A program made the translations under genes and the position numbers. Under the pieces are notes generated by a model. That model did not search any database. It was given only the letters and a program-made list of their open reading frames with translations, and was not told where the DNA came from. A DNA stretch of 64,000 nt from Terriglobia bacterium (GTDB lineage: Bacteria; Acidobacteriota; Terriglobia; Bryobacterales; UBA6623). Positions 37,392-45,864 of the stretch are shown here, in pieces. How positions within the stretch are numbered: position 1 is the stretch's first letter; every line of letters starts with the position of its first letter. The stretch lies in the NCBI GenBank assembly GCA_009841225.1, contig VXMF01000036.1, forward strand, positions 7,825-71,824, in the 5' to 3' direction.

Positions 37392-40300
37392 CAGAACGTC
37401 TGGCCGAGCGAGAAGTGGAACTGCACGGCGCTGGCGCGCTGCTCGCGGAAAGTCCCGGTTCCCAGCAGCAATTGCTCGCGTGTGCCGTCGAATCCCACGA
37501 AGCGCGGTGGATTGGGGCTGTACGCGAGGTCAAACCGCAGCGGGCCGATGGGCGTGCGGTAGCGGATTCCGAGGCCCATCGCATGGACGAGGTAGTCGAA
37601 ATCGAATTCCTTTCCTCCTTGGGGGTTGGTGCGCACCTGCTGGCTAGAGTTCAGGCTGATGCGCCCTGGGCGCGAGTAGACGTTGCCCGCGTCGTGGAAC
37701 AGCACCGCCGAGAAATCAGGGCCAGAAAGCGGAAAGCGCAGTTCCACGCTGTTGAAGAGCTGAGCGCCTCCGCCCAGCGGAAAGCCGGTCGCCGAGTCCC
37801 GGGGGCCTGCTTGGTTGTAGGCGAAACCGCGGTGGGTGGCGGATCCGCCGCCGAAATAGCGTTCCGAAAGCGGCACTCGCGGATCGGGCCGGCCGGCGAA
37901 GCCCTCGCGGTCCACGCCCTCGCTCCCGAATCCAGCCCACGGGACATTGATCCCGATCTGAAGCGTCCGGGCGAACACCACGCGCCGCCGGACTTGGTGA
38001 TAGGTGCTGTTCTGAGCGAACATCCGCGCGAAATTGGGCTGGGAGCCCAAGGCCTTGGATGCCAGCGCGATATCCACGGTGTTGTACATGCCCGAAGTCG
38101 TGTCCGTCGGATCGTCCCGGCGGTCCGAAATATACGTCGAGGACGTCAGCCCGACGCGCACTGGCTGGGAAATCAGCGGAACGAGCAGCGGTTCGATGTT
38201 CAGGGTGTTCTCGTCGATAGACGTTCTGCGATAGGCGTATCGGTACAGCACGGTCTCCCGACCGCTGATCGCTTGCGACAGCTGGAGCGCCCCTTCCAGC
38301 CTGCGGCCGGTGAACGTGTTGACGTTGCGGAACGTGTCATACAGGCCGGTTACGGTCAGCCGCCAGCGATCCGAGTCGAACCAGCGCGGTGCCTCGTAGG
38401 TGAAGAGGCCGCGCTGCTGCAGCAGTGACAGGCGCGTGTTGAAGCTCAGCGTGTGTGCCTTGCCCAATACATTCAGCCGGGTCACCTCGACGGTCATGCG
38501 CGGGCTGAAGCCCGCGTCGCCGACTGGATTGGTCAGTTCTGCCGTGTTCCGGCCAAACCTTCCGAACTCCGCGCCGCCTCCAAACCCGAGCCCCCAGCGC
38601 CGGGCTTCCTCGACCTGGATCAGCACGTCCTTGGACTCTTCGATCCCAGTCGGGTTCTGCAGCGCTACTTCGACTTTGGAGAACACGCCGAGGTCGTAGA
38701 GGTTGCGCTGTGTCGCGAACATGCCGGCTTGCGAGAGGGGCTCGCCCGAGGCCACTTCGATCTGCCGCGCCAAGACTTCGTCGCGGGTTTTCTCGGCCCC
38801 GGACAGAATGGCGCGGCCAGTCTGCCTCGGTTCGCCATGCCGGATGTCGTAGTACACGACCACTTGGCCGGGCTCATCGCCCGGTTCCGAGCGCCAATCG
38901 AGAGTGACATCCTGATGGCCCGCGTTGAAGTATTCCCACAGAATGCGCTGGCGGTCGGTGGCGATGCTGGACTCGCCGAATGGCTGGCCTGGGGCCGAGG
39001 CGAATTCGAACGTTGACGCGTCGGCTGGAAACTCTGACATCCCGCTCGTGACCAATCTGGAAACGAATGTCTGCCGCCCTTCCTCGATGGAGATCGCGAC
39101 GGCCAAGTGATTCGGGTTGCCGCCGATCCCTCGGAGGACCTCTCCGCCCACGCGGGCCTCGCGGAATCCGTTCGAGGCGTACAGCTGGCGCACGGATTGC
39201 AGGTCTTGCGCGAGCAGCGCCGGGCTAAAGGATCCGGGACTAGACGCCGACTTCCCGGTGCCCAACTGCAGGCGTTCCCGGATCGTGCCGTCGTCAAAAT
39301 AGCGGTTGCCCGTGATCTCGATCTCCCTCAGCTGCCGCCTCTGGCCGCGGTCGACGCGATAGACGATTGCGATCTCGTCAGCCGTGGATCGCTCGACTTC
39401 GAAGCTCACGGCCGCGTCGAAATAGCCCTGGCCTCGGAAGTACTCAGCTAGGCTGGCGCTCCCGGCGCTGAGTAAGTCGTCATCGATCGAACCTCTGGAG
39501 TAGAGCGCTACATGTCGGCGTAGCCGCTTCTGGCTCATGCGCACTCCTTCAACTCGGACGGACGTCTTCGGGCCGCGTCGGACTCGCGCCACCAACGTGA
39601 CCTGATTGTCGGCCGGCCGGTATTCGGCGACTTGGGCTCGGATTTCGGACTGCCAGTAGCCCTGTGCCTGGAAGTGCTCCCGCAAGCGCCCGATGCCGCG
39701 TTGGATGCGGTCACGCCGAAAGATCGAATCCCTCTTCCAGCCCGTGATCGTACGGATCTCCTCCGCGTCCAACGAGAGTCCCTCGGCTGCCAACAGCAAT
39801 GCGCCGATGCGAGCCCGCCGCCCGCTGGTCACAGTAAAGTCGATGTGAACCTGCTGGGTCTCTCCGTCACGCACGAGAGTGTGGTCGATCGCTGCCTCGC
39901 GGAAGCCGTAATCGGTGAGCACTTCGCGCAGAGAGCTCATCGCCTCGCCGACCTTGTCTTCGGTGAAGATCGTACCGAGCCGCAGCTGGGTGGCGTTGAT
40001 CAGCTGGCCTGAAGACGGCGGCCGCTCGACACCTTCCACGCGGACATTGCCCACAAACCATGCGGGCGCGGTCAAGAACGTCAGTCGCGCGCCGTCTTCG
40101 CGAAGCGTGGCGTCTGCGACGATGTCGCTGTATCGACCGGTCCTGAAAAGGGCTTGGATCGATTCGCGTAGCGCCGCCCGTTCAAGCGGCTGGCCAACGC
40201 GCACGCTGAGCAGTTTCTCGGTCGCTGCGCGCGTTTCGACGGCGAGCGGGGGATCGAAGGCGATCTCCGAAATCGGAGCGCCGAAATGATCCCCGGCGGC

Positions 40301-40420
40301 GCTGGGAGCCGCCAGTAGGACGTGAAGAGCTAGAAGAGTCAGCCGCGCTCGATGCAATTCTATGAAAATTATAAGGTTAAGTCCCTGCCGAACACCTGGG
40401 GCAGGATGCGCTGCTAGCAT
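37391..40420 (-). CDS. bamA: Outer membrane protein assembly factor BamA, long form with extended POTRA array
   Basis: The N-terminal ~570 aa carry repeated POTRA-like modules. The C-terminal Omp85 barrel has GGG..VRGF-like motifs (YFGGGSATHRGFAY) and ends in ..FSLGQTF. The start is either ATG 40420 or, more likely, TTG 40357, which gives the signal peptide (M)HRARLTLLALHVLLAAPSAAG. Confidence 0.9.
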   Translation of the reverse strand: MLAAHPAPGVRQGLNLIIFIELHRARLTLLALHVLLAAPSAAGDHFGAPISEIAFDPPLAVETRAATEKLLSVRVGQPLERAALRESIQALFRTGRYSDIVADATLREDGARLTFLTAPAWFVGNVRVEGVERPPSSGQLINATQLRLGTIFTEDKVGEAMSSLREVLTDYGFREAAIDHTLVRDGETQQVHIDFTVTSGRRARIGALLLAAEGLSLDAEEIRTITGWKRDSIFRRDRIQRGIGRLREHFQAQGYWQSEIRAQVAEYRPADNQVTLVARVRRGPKTSVRVEGVRMSQKRLRRHVALYSRGSIDDDLLSAGSASLAEYFRGQGYFDAAVSFEVERSTADEIAIVYRVDRGQRRQLREIEITGNRYFDDGTIRERLQLGTGKSASSPGSFSPALLAQDLQSVRQLYASNGFREARVGGEVLRGIGGNPNHLAVAISIEEGRQTFVSRLVTSGMSEFPADASTFEFASAPGQPFGESSIATDRQRILWEYFNAGHQDVTLDWRSEPGDEPGQVVVYYDIRHGEPRQTGRAILSGAEKTRDEVLARQIEVASGEPLSQAGMFATQRNLYDLGVFSKVEVALQNPTGIEESKDVLIQVEEARRWGLGFGGGAEFGRFGRNTAELTNPVGDAGFSPRMTVEVTRLNVLGKAHTLSFNTRLSLLQQRGLFTYEAPRWFDSDRWRLTVTGLYDTFRNVNTFTGRRLEGALQLSQAISGRETVLYRYAYRRTSIDENTLNIEPLLVPLISQPVRVGLTSSTYISDRRDDPTDTTSGMYNTVDIALASKALGSQPNFARMFAQNSTYHQVRRRVVFARTLQIGINVPWAGFGSEGVDREGFAGRPDPRVPLSERYFGGGSATHRGFAYNQAGPRDSATGFPLGGGAQLFNSVELRFPLSGPDFSAVLFHDAGNVYSRPGRISLNSSQQVRTNPQGGKEFDFDYLVHAMGLGIRYRTPIGPLRFDLAYSPNPPRFVGFDGTREQLLLGTGTFREQRASAVQFHFSLGQTF

Positions 40421-40450
40421 CGAACAGCGGGCCGCGTCCTCTATCGCCGC

Positions 40451-41473
40451 ATGACGACCAACGCTAGCGACCGCTATTCCCGGCAGAGGCTGCTGGCCGA
40501 GATCGGCGGCGAGGGGCAGGAACGGCTGGCGGGCAGCTGCGCGGCCGTGGTCGGCTGCGGGGCGCTCGGAACGATGCAGGCAGCGCTGCTCGTGCGGGCC
40601 GGAATTGGGACGACTCTGCTGGTCGACCGCGACTACGTCGAGGAGAGCAACCTGCAGCGGCAGGTCTTGTTCGACGAACGCGATGCGGAGCGCGGCGTGC
40701 CGAAGGCCGAAGCGGCGGCGCTAGCCCTGAGGCGGGCCAACTCCGCGGTGACTGTGGTGCCCGTCGTCAAGGATCTAGTCGCTGCCAACGCCGAACGGCT
40801 GCTGGAGTCGGCCGACGTGATCCTCGACGGAACTGACAACTACGAAACGCGCTTCCTGATCAACGAGGTTGCGGTCAAGCGTTCCATCGCTTGGGTCTAT
40901 GGCGCGGCTGTGGGCACGCACGGCTCGCTCATGCCTGTCGTCCCCGGCCAGACCGCCTGCCTGGAGTGCCTGTTCGACAATGCGCCGCAGAGCCGCCAGC
41001 CGACCTGTGACACCGCCGGCGTGCTCAACGCAGTTACGTCGCTGATTGCCTCGCTGCAGGTTGCCGAAGCGCTAAAGATCCTCGCGGGGCGCACCGAGGC
41101 CTTGCAGCGTCGACTGGTCACGATCGATGCCTGGAGCGGCGAACGCGCGGCGTTGCAGGCCGACACGCCGCGATCGGACTGTCCGACTTGCGGCCTGCGG
41201 CGGTTCGCTCGCTTGGAAGCGCGATCCGTCGCTTCAGCGCGGATTTGCGGCCGCGATGCCGTGCAAGTGCCCGCTCGCGACCGACCCGTCGACTTGGCAG
41301 CGTTGGCGCACAGCCTAGCGCCGCTAGGCGAGGTCCGCTCTAGCGAGCTGGCGGTCCGGTTCTCGTGCCCGCCGCATGCGCTGACTGTGTTTTCGGACGG
41401 GCGCGCCATCGTCAAGGGCACGCAAGATCTCGGCTTGGCGCGGAGCCTGTACGCCCGCTATGTTGGCGACTGA
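40451..41473 (+). CDS. ThiF/MoeB/HesA-family E1-like adenylyltransferase
   Basis: YSRQRLL and VVGCGALG (the nucleotide loop) are present. DRDYVEESNLQRQ is present. The Zn motifs are CLEC and CPTC. A C-terminal domain of about 90 aa follows, as in long ThiF forms. Confidence 0.85.
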   Translation: MTTNASDRYSRQRLLAEIGGEGQERLAGSCAAVVGCGALGTMQAALLVRAGIGTTLLVDRDYVEESNLQRQVLFDERDAERGVPKAEAAALALRRANSAVTVVPVVKDLVAANAERLLESADVILDGTDNYETRFLINEVAVKRSIAWVYGAAVGTHGSLMPVVPGQTACLECLFDNAPQSRQPTCDTAGVLNAVTSLIASLQVAEALKILAGRTEALQRRLVTIDAWSGERAALQADTPRSDCPTCGLRRFARLEARSVASARICGRDAVQVPARDRPVDLAALAHSLAPLGEVRSSELAVRFSCPPHALTVFSDGRAIVKGTQDLGLARSLYARYVGD

Positions 41474-41477
41474 GCGC

Positions 41478-43139
41478 TCAGGCGGCCGCTACCCAGACCG
41501 GGCTGGACCACGCGAGCTCGCCGTTGGATTCGAAGACGCGCAGGTAGTACCAGTCCGTGCGCGATCCGTCGCCCTCGTCCTCTGCGGAGAACGAACTCTC
41601 CCAGTTGTCGTGGAACACGACGCGGTGTAGCATGGCCGACTCCCACGGGAACGGCCGCGTGAACAGCATCTCGTTCGACTCGGTGAGTTCCGCCAGGGTC
41701 TGAGTCACCGAGCACTTGGTAGGTCTCGTGCAGTTCACGCTCACGCGCGTGTTCGCGTCGCCTCGCACCCGCAATACGAGCGCCTTTTGCGAGTAGTCGT
41801 CCAGCTGCTGCTTGAGGGCGGTGTAGGACTGGACTCTGACCGAATTGTCGTCGCTGCTGACGATCTTGTCGCGGCGAAACTCGTCCAGCGGCCCTGACGT
41901 GAAGCACGGATGGAAGCCCTCGATGCGGCCGCCCTGCACCGCGAGCGTGAAGTCCCAGTCGGCGGTGCCGCCCCACCCCAGCGCCGGCCAGGGCCCCCAG
42001 CCGTACTCGAATCGCACGATCACGGGCTCGTCCCAGCGGTTCGCTCCGGGCTGGCGATCCACCGGGAATTCGCGATGGATCACCCGACCGTTCTTGACGA
42101 CCTCGATGCGGTCCACCAGGTCCCAGCCGCGCACGCTGGCTTGGATCGCGCGCCTGCGGGCGAAGGGAGTCTCTTGGCCCATCATCGCGCCGTTGACGGA
42201 AAAGTCGAGTTCGATGCGGTCACCGGTCACGGCGTACGTGCGCCGATTCCACAGCGCGTCGAAGATCGCCTCGCGGGACAGCTCGCGTGCCTTGATGACG
42301 GCCAAGCCTTCGCGATATCCGCCGGGGTACCCGAGATGGTCGTCGGTGCTCGCCACGACTCCCAGGCGATGCCCGTCGCTGAGATAGTGCTGCAGCGTGT
42401 GACGCGTCCAGCGCCCGCCCTCGGTGTGTCGCTTGTAGGGGTGCGGTGCTCGGTCATGCTCGGCGCAGCCCCATTCGGAGTGGATCTCCAGCACCGGGGA
42501 GACCGAGGTGTCGATCGCGGACGACGCGATGCCGCGATGCCCCAGGCGGTTGGCGGGATGGTGGGGAACGAGGATGCAGCCCCGGCGCTTTGCGAACGCC
42601 TTGAGCTCGTCCAGCCTTTCGATCAATTCGTAGTCGCCGTTAAGGTCCGGGAAGAGGATGTGGTAGTCACCCTCCATCGTGCCGTGGCGCTCGTAGCCGA
42701 GGATCGTGGTGAACTTGCCGGGATTGTCGAACTCGCGAGCCAGCCGCACGACATCGGGCCAGCGCGACTTCGCCACCGCGAAGCCGTTCTTCCACTTGTA
42801 CTCGATCTTGCCGTCGTATTCGCCTACGTCCGGCCAGTACGAATGCGGCGTGAAAGCGTAGAAGTCGAGATGGTTGCGGGCCACCTCGAAGCTGCGCTCC
42901 AAGGTGCCTTGGGCGTACCCGACTTGGTTGTGGTTGTGCAGGTCGCCGAAGTAGTTCTTGTACGGTGCTGCCGACGCGGCCTGCGCCGCCGCGCTCGCCG
43001 CGGCCGGCACGGCGCCGGCCAGCGCGGCCCCAGTTCCGGTGTGCGCGCAATGGCGCATCCAGTCGCGCCTGGAGATTCCGTCCTCGCTCACCGCTGCTCG
43101 CTGGGGCCCGACCGCCTTCCCGGCGCGCCGCCACATCAT
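41478..43139 (-). CDS. Tat-exported DUF3604/PHP-like metal-dependent hydrolase (paralog of 56817..59450)
   Basis: ATG at 43139 (MMWRR...ISRRDWMRHCAHTGTGAALAGA, a Tat-like signal). The metal motifs are YFGDLHNHN, FTPHSYW, LVPHHP and ASTDDH. The C-terminal tail YYLRVFESNGELAWSSPVWV is shared with the second copy. Confidence 0.7.
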   Translation of the reverse strand: MMWRRAGKAVGPQRAAVSEDGISRRDWMRHCAHTGTGAALAGAVPAAASAAAQAASAAPYKNYFGDLHNHNQVGYAQGTLERSFEVARNHLDFYAFTPHSYWPDVGEYDGKIEYKWKNGFAVAKSRWPDVVRLAREFDNPGKFTTILGYERHGTMEGDYHILFPDLNGDYELIERLDELKAFAKRRGCILVPHHPANRLGHRGIASSAIDTSVSPVLEIHSEWGCAEHDRAPHPYKRHTEGGRWTRHTLQHYLSDGHRLGVVASTDDHLGYPGGYREGLAVIKARELSREAIFDALWNRRTYAVTGDRIELDFSVNGAMMGQETPFARRRAIQASVRGWDLVDRIEVVKNGRVIHREFPVDRQPGANRWDEPVIVRFEYGWGPWPALGWGGTADWDFTLAVQGGRIEGFHPCFTSGPLDEFRRDKIVSSDDNSVRVQSYTALKQQLDDYSQKALVLRVRGDANTRVSVNCTRPTKCSVTQTLAELTESNEMLFTRPFPWESAMLHRVVFHDNWESSFSAEDEGDGSRTDWYYLRVFESNGELAWSSPVWVAAA

Positions 43140-43690
43140 GCTAGCACGCCGCCGTGCAGCCCTCCTGCCGTACGGCTGCGGGGCGGAAAGGTGCGCTGCC
43201 GTGCCGGTCTGACCGCCGCCGCGCGTGCGCCCGAGGTGATCTCTCCATCGAGTCAGATCGGCAGCTAGAACGAGCAGTGTGCGCTGTGCCAGGGGCCGCG
43301 GATCGGGGAGTATTTCTTGTTCCGGCCGTACTCGAGCAAGCGGGGGGACCGGCTGTGGGGCGACACCTACTATGTCGCGCCGGCGGAGCTGGGTGGGGCT
43401 GAGCACACCACAGCGCTAGGAGTTTCGTTTCGAGTCGAAGGTGAGAACTTGCGGGTGCGCAGCCTCGCGACCGGGCCGGACTATGCGTGGACCGAGGGGA
43501 AACTCCAGGGATTTCGAGGCTGTCCGAGCAGATGCTCAAATTCCTCGGGCCAAGGCTGGTGCAGCAGCGGAGGAGCATCGGCAAGCCGAGCTGCGCAACG
43601 CGGCATTGGGGGCTTTGCTCGGCCGACGTAGCTAGCGAGACCGACGGAGCATTGGAGCGGCTTGGTCGTTTTAGGTGCCTAGGTTTTCGT

Positions 43691-43849
43691 TCACAGTCCG
43701 GGTGCGAATCCCATCGAGTCACTCGCTTGTCGCTGTAGACACTGATTCGGGCTTTGCGCCTGCTCGCTACGGATATTCCTGCGCGCACCGTGGACAAGCT
43801 TTCCGTAAGCCGTCCCCATCAAGATTCCGATCAGCGCACCGCCACTCAT
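43691..43849 (-). CDS. Possible small membrane protein (52 aa), co-directional with the upstream TPR gene
   Basis: The ATG lies 29 nt after the TPR gene stop and is preceded by GAGGAATC. The N-terminus MSGGALIGILMGTAYGKL is glycine-zipper-like and hydrophobic. It is below the ORF-track size cutoff, and no homology is recognised. Confidence 0.25.
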   Translation of the reverse strand: MSGGALIGILMGTAYGKLVHGARRNIRSEQAQSPNQCLQRQASDSMGFAPGL

Positions 43850-43878
43850 GATTCCTCACGGCCAGAGTTGACCGGGGC

Positions 43879-45705
43879 TCATTTCCCCGCACCCGCGTCT
43901 CTTGGGACATACTCGCGCTCGACATCCCGGTCACGTCGCAGAGCCCGCTCCTGATTCAACTTGGTGAACGTAGCCGCCTCGCGCTTGGCATCCTCCATTC
44001 GCCCAGTGGCCCGATAAGCCTGCGACAGATAGAGATGCAGCGGAGCCAGCTCGGGGCTTGTCTTGATGGCTCGTTCCATCGCGGAGATGGTCTCTTCGTA
44101 TCTCCTTAGCTGGATCAGAGCCTTGCCGAGCCCCGCATAGGATTCGGCCGAGCCAGGATCCTGCGCGAGGGCCTGGCGGAAATGGACTAGGCTGCCCTCC
44201 GCATCACCGAGTCTCAGGACGACGTCCCCGAGCATTCGGTGTGCCTCTGCGAACCCGGAATCAATCGCCACCGCTTGCTCCAAGTGTCCCCTTGCCTCAT
44301 CGAACCGGCCCATGTTGTCGAGTTGCCACGCAACCTGGAAGTGACTGCTGGAGAGTTCCGGGAACTTGGCGAGTGCCGCCTGCGCTTCCTGCAATGCCTG
44401 CTCGAAATCATGGTTCTCGTGGTGCGCCTCCACGAGGAGGAAGCGCAAGTCCGCATTCGCGGGATCAAGGTCGACAGCCTGCCTAAAGATCTTGACCGCC
44501 TCGTCGTAGTAGCGGCCTTGGAGGTACTGCAATCCAAGGAGAGCATTCAGCTTGACGCTGTCAGGGCGGATCGCGAGTGCCATGCGCAAGTGCGGGATAG
44601 CATCCTCGAACTTCCCGGCTTGGGCCAAGAGATTGCCCAGCAGCGCTCGTGCTTCGTAGAATTCCGGACGAAATCCCACCGCCTGCTCAAGGTCCGGGAC
44701 TGCATCTGCGGGCCGTTCCAGCGAGACATGCGCAAGGGCCAGGTTGTAGTACGCCTCGGAGTGGCGGGGCCGGATTTCTACCACCTTCCTCAGGATGGGA
44801 AGGGCCTTGCTGTGGAGTCCGTTCCGCCCCAGAGCGATGGCGGCACTTAGCATGACATCTGGATCGCCAGACTGGGACAACTCTTTGGCCATCGCTTCAG
44901 CCTCGATCAGTTTCTTGTTTTGCAACAGCATCCGCAGCTCGACAAGTCCCCTGATCTCGTCCTGTAGCTTGTTCTTCCATCTCTGGGCCAATTCGAACTC
45001 GTGCTTGGCGTCCGCGCTACGTCCCTGGCGCTGGTAGGCCTGTCCTAGCAAGTAGTGGGTCTCTCCCTGTTCAGGCCATCTGCTAACGCTCTCTTCCAGC
45101 AGATCGACCGCATCTGAAAGCCGTCCAGACCTCAGGTACCCGCTTGCCAGTCGGCTGCGGACATCTAGGATCGTGCCGATCGCTACGACGCGTTCGAAGT
45201 ACCTAATCGCTTCTTCGGTGTTGCCCTCGGTAAGGCTGATTCGTCCCAGGTAGTAAAGCGAGAAGGCATCGGGAGGCTGGAATTCCAACTCCCTCATGAA
45301 GGCCCCTTTGGCCTGCTCCATGTTCTGGAGGTGCCACTGGGCGAGGCCAAGCTGGTAATAGGCTCCCGGAATGTTCGAGTGGATGGCGATCGCTTGTTCC
45401 AACTCCCTAACCACGAGGTCGTATTGCTCGCCGTCCAAATAGATCTGCGCTTGTTGGAGGTGCTGGTTGAGCCTCGTTCGGGGGTCTTGGGCCAGAACCG
45501 AAGGGAGAACGACTGCAAGCAGCCCAACAACTACGGCCACACTGGCGGTCGCGTGCTGGCTGAACTTACGAACAGGCCGCCTGGGGGGATGGCTCTGACT
45601 AAGGCACTCCCCGGTCGGCTTCATCGCGGCCACCCAGCGCCCCCGGCTCACGGCATCCCGGCTCTTCCCAACACGCCGGCCGAACGTCGGCACTCGCTTA
45701 GACAT
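43879..45705 (-). CDS. Tetratricopeptide-repeat (TPR) protein, membrane-anchored or secreted
   Basis: It has many TPR units (AYYQLGLAQW, YYLGRISLTEGNTEEAIRYF, AYYNLALAHV, and others). The N-terminal hydrophobic segment is ATASVAVVVGLLAVVLPSVLAQ. The start is uncertain: ATG 45705 or 45624, with the ORF maximum at 45831. Confidence 0.8.
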   Translation of the reverse strand: MSKRVPTFGRRVGKSRDAVSRGRWVAAMKPTGECLSQSHPPRRPVRKFSQHATASVAVVVGLLAVVLPSVLAQDPRTRLNQHLQQAQIYLDGEQYDLVVRELEQAIAIHSNIPGAYYQLGLAQWHLQNMEQAKGAFMRELEFQPPDAFSLYYLGRISLTEGNTEEAIRYFERVVAIGTILDVRSRLASGYLRSGRLSDAVDLLEESVSRWPEQGETHYLLGQAYQRQGRSADAKHEFELAQRWKNKLQDEIRGLVELRMLLQNKKLIEAEAMAKELSQSGDPDVMLSAAIALGRNGLHSKALPILRKVVEIRPRHSEAYYNLALAHVSLERPADAVPDLEQAVGFRPEFYEARALLGNLLAQAGKFEDAIPHLRMALAIRPDSVKLNALLGLQYLQGRYYDEAVKIFRQAVDLDPANADLRFLLVEAHHENHDFEQALQEAQAALAKFPELSSSHFQVAWQLDNMGRFDEARGHLEQAVAIDSGFAEAHRMLGDVVLRLGDAEGSLVHFRQALAQDPGSAESYAGLGKALIQLRRYEETISAMERAIKTSPELAPLHLYLSQAYRATGRMEDAKREAATFTKLNQERALRRDRDVEREYVPRDAGAGK

Positions 45706-45864
45706 TGAGTATCCCGTAGCCCCCGCAGAGGCGATCTTGGCGACAAGCGAACGCGAGGTCAGTGTATCGCAGCTTCCCCAGGGCTGGATCGTCCGACCCG
45801 GTGAAGCTTGGGGATGTGCGCGCTTGACCACTCCTCAGTAACATAAGCCATAGCCGGGCTAGGT

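Noticed and set aside
43395-43720. tmRNA or tRNA-like RNA suggested by 5' GGGGCUGA (43395-43402) and a T-loop-like GGUGCGAAUCCC (43701-43712)
   Set aside because: No downstream strand complementary to GGGGCUG is present to form an acceptor stem. There is no CCA-proximal context, no convincing T-stem (CCGGG vs CCCAU) and no plausible tag-peptide reading frame ending in a hydrophobic tail. RNase P and SRP core motifs are also absent.
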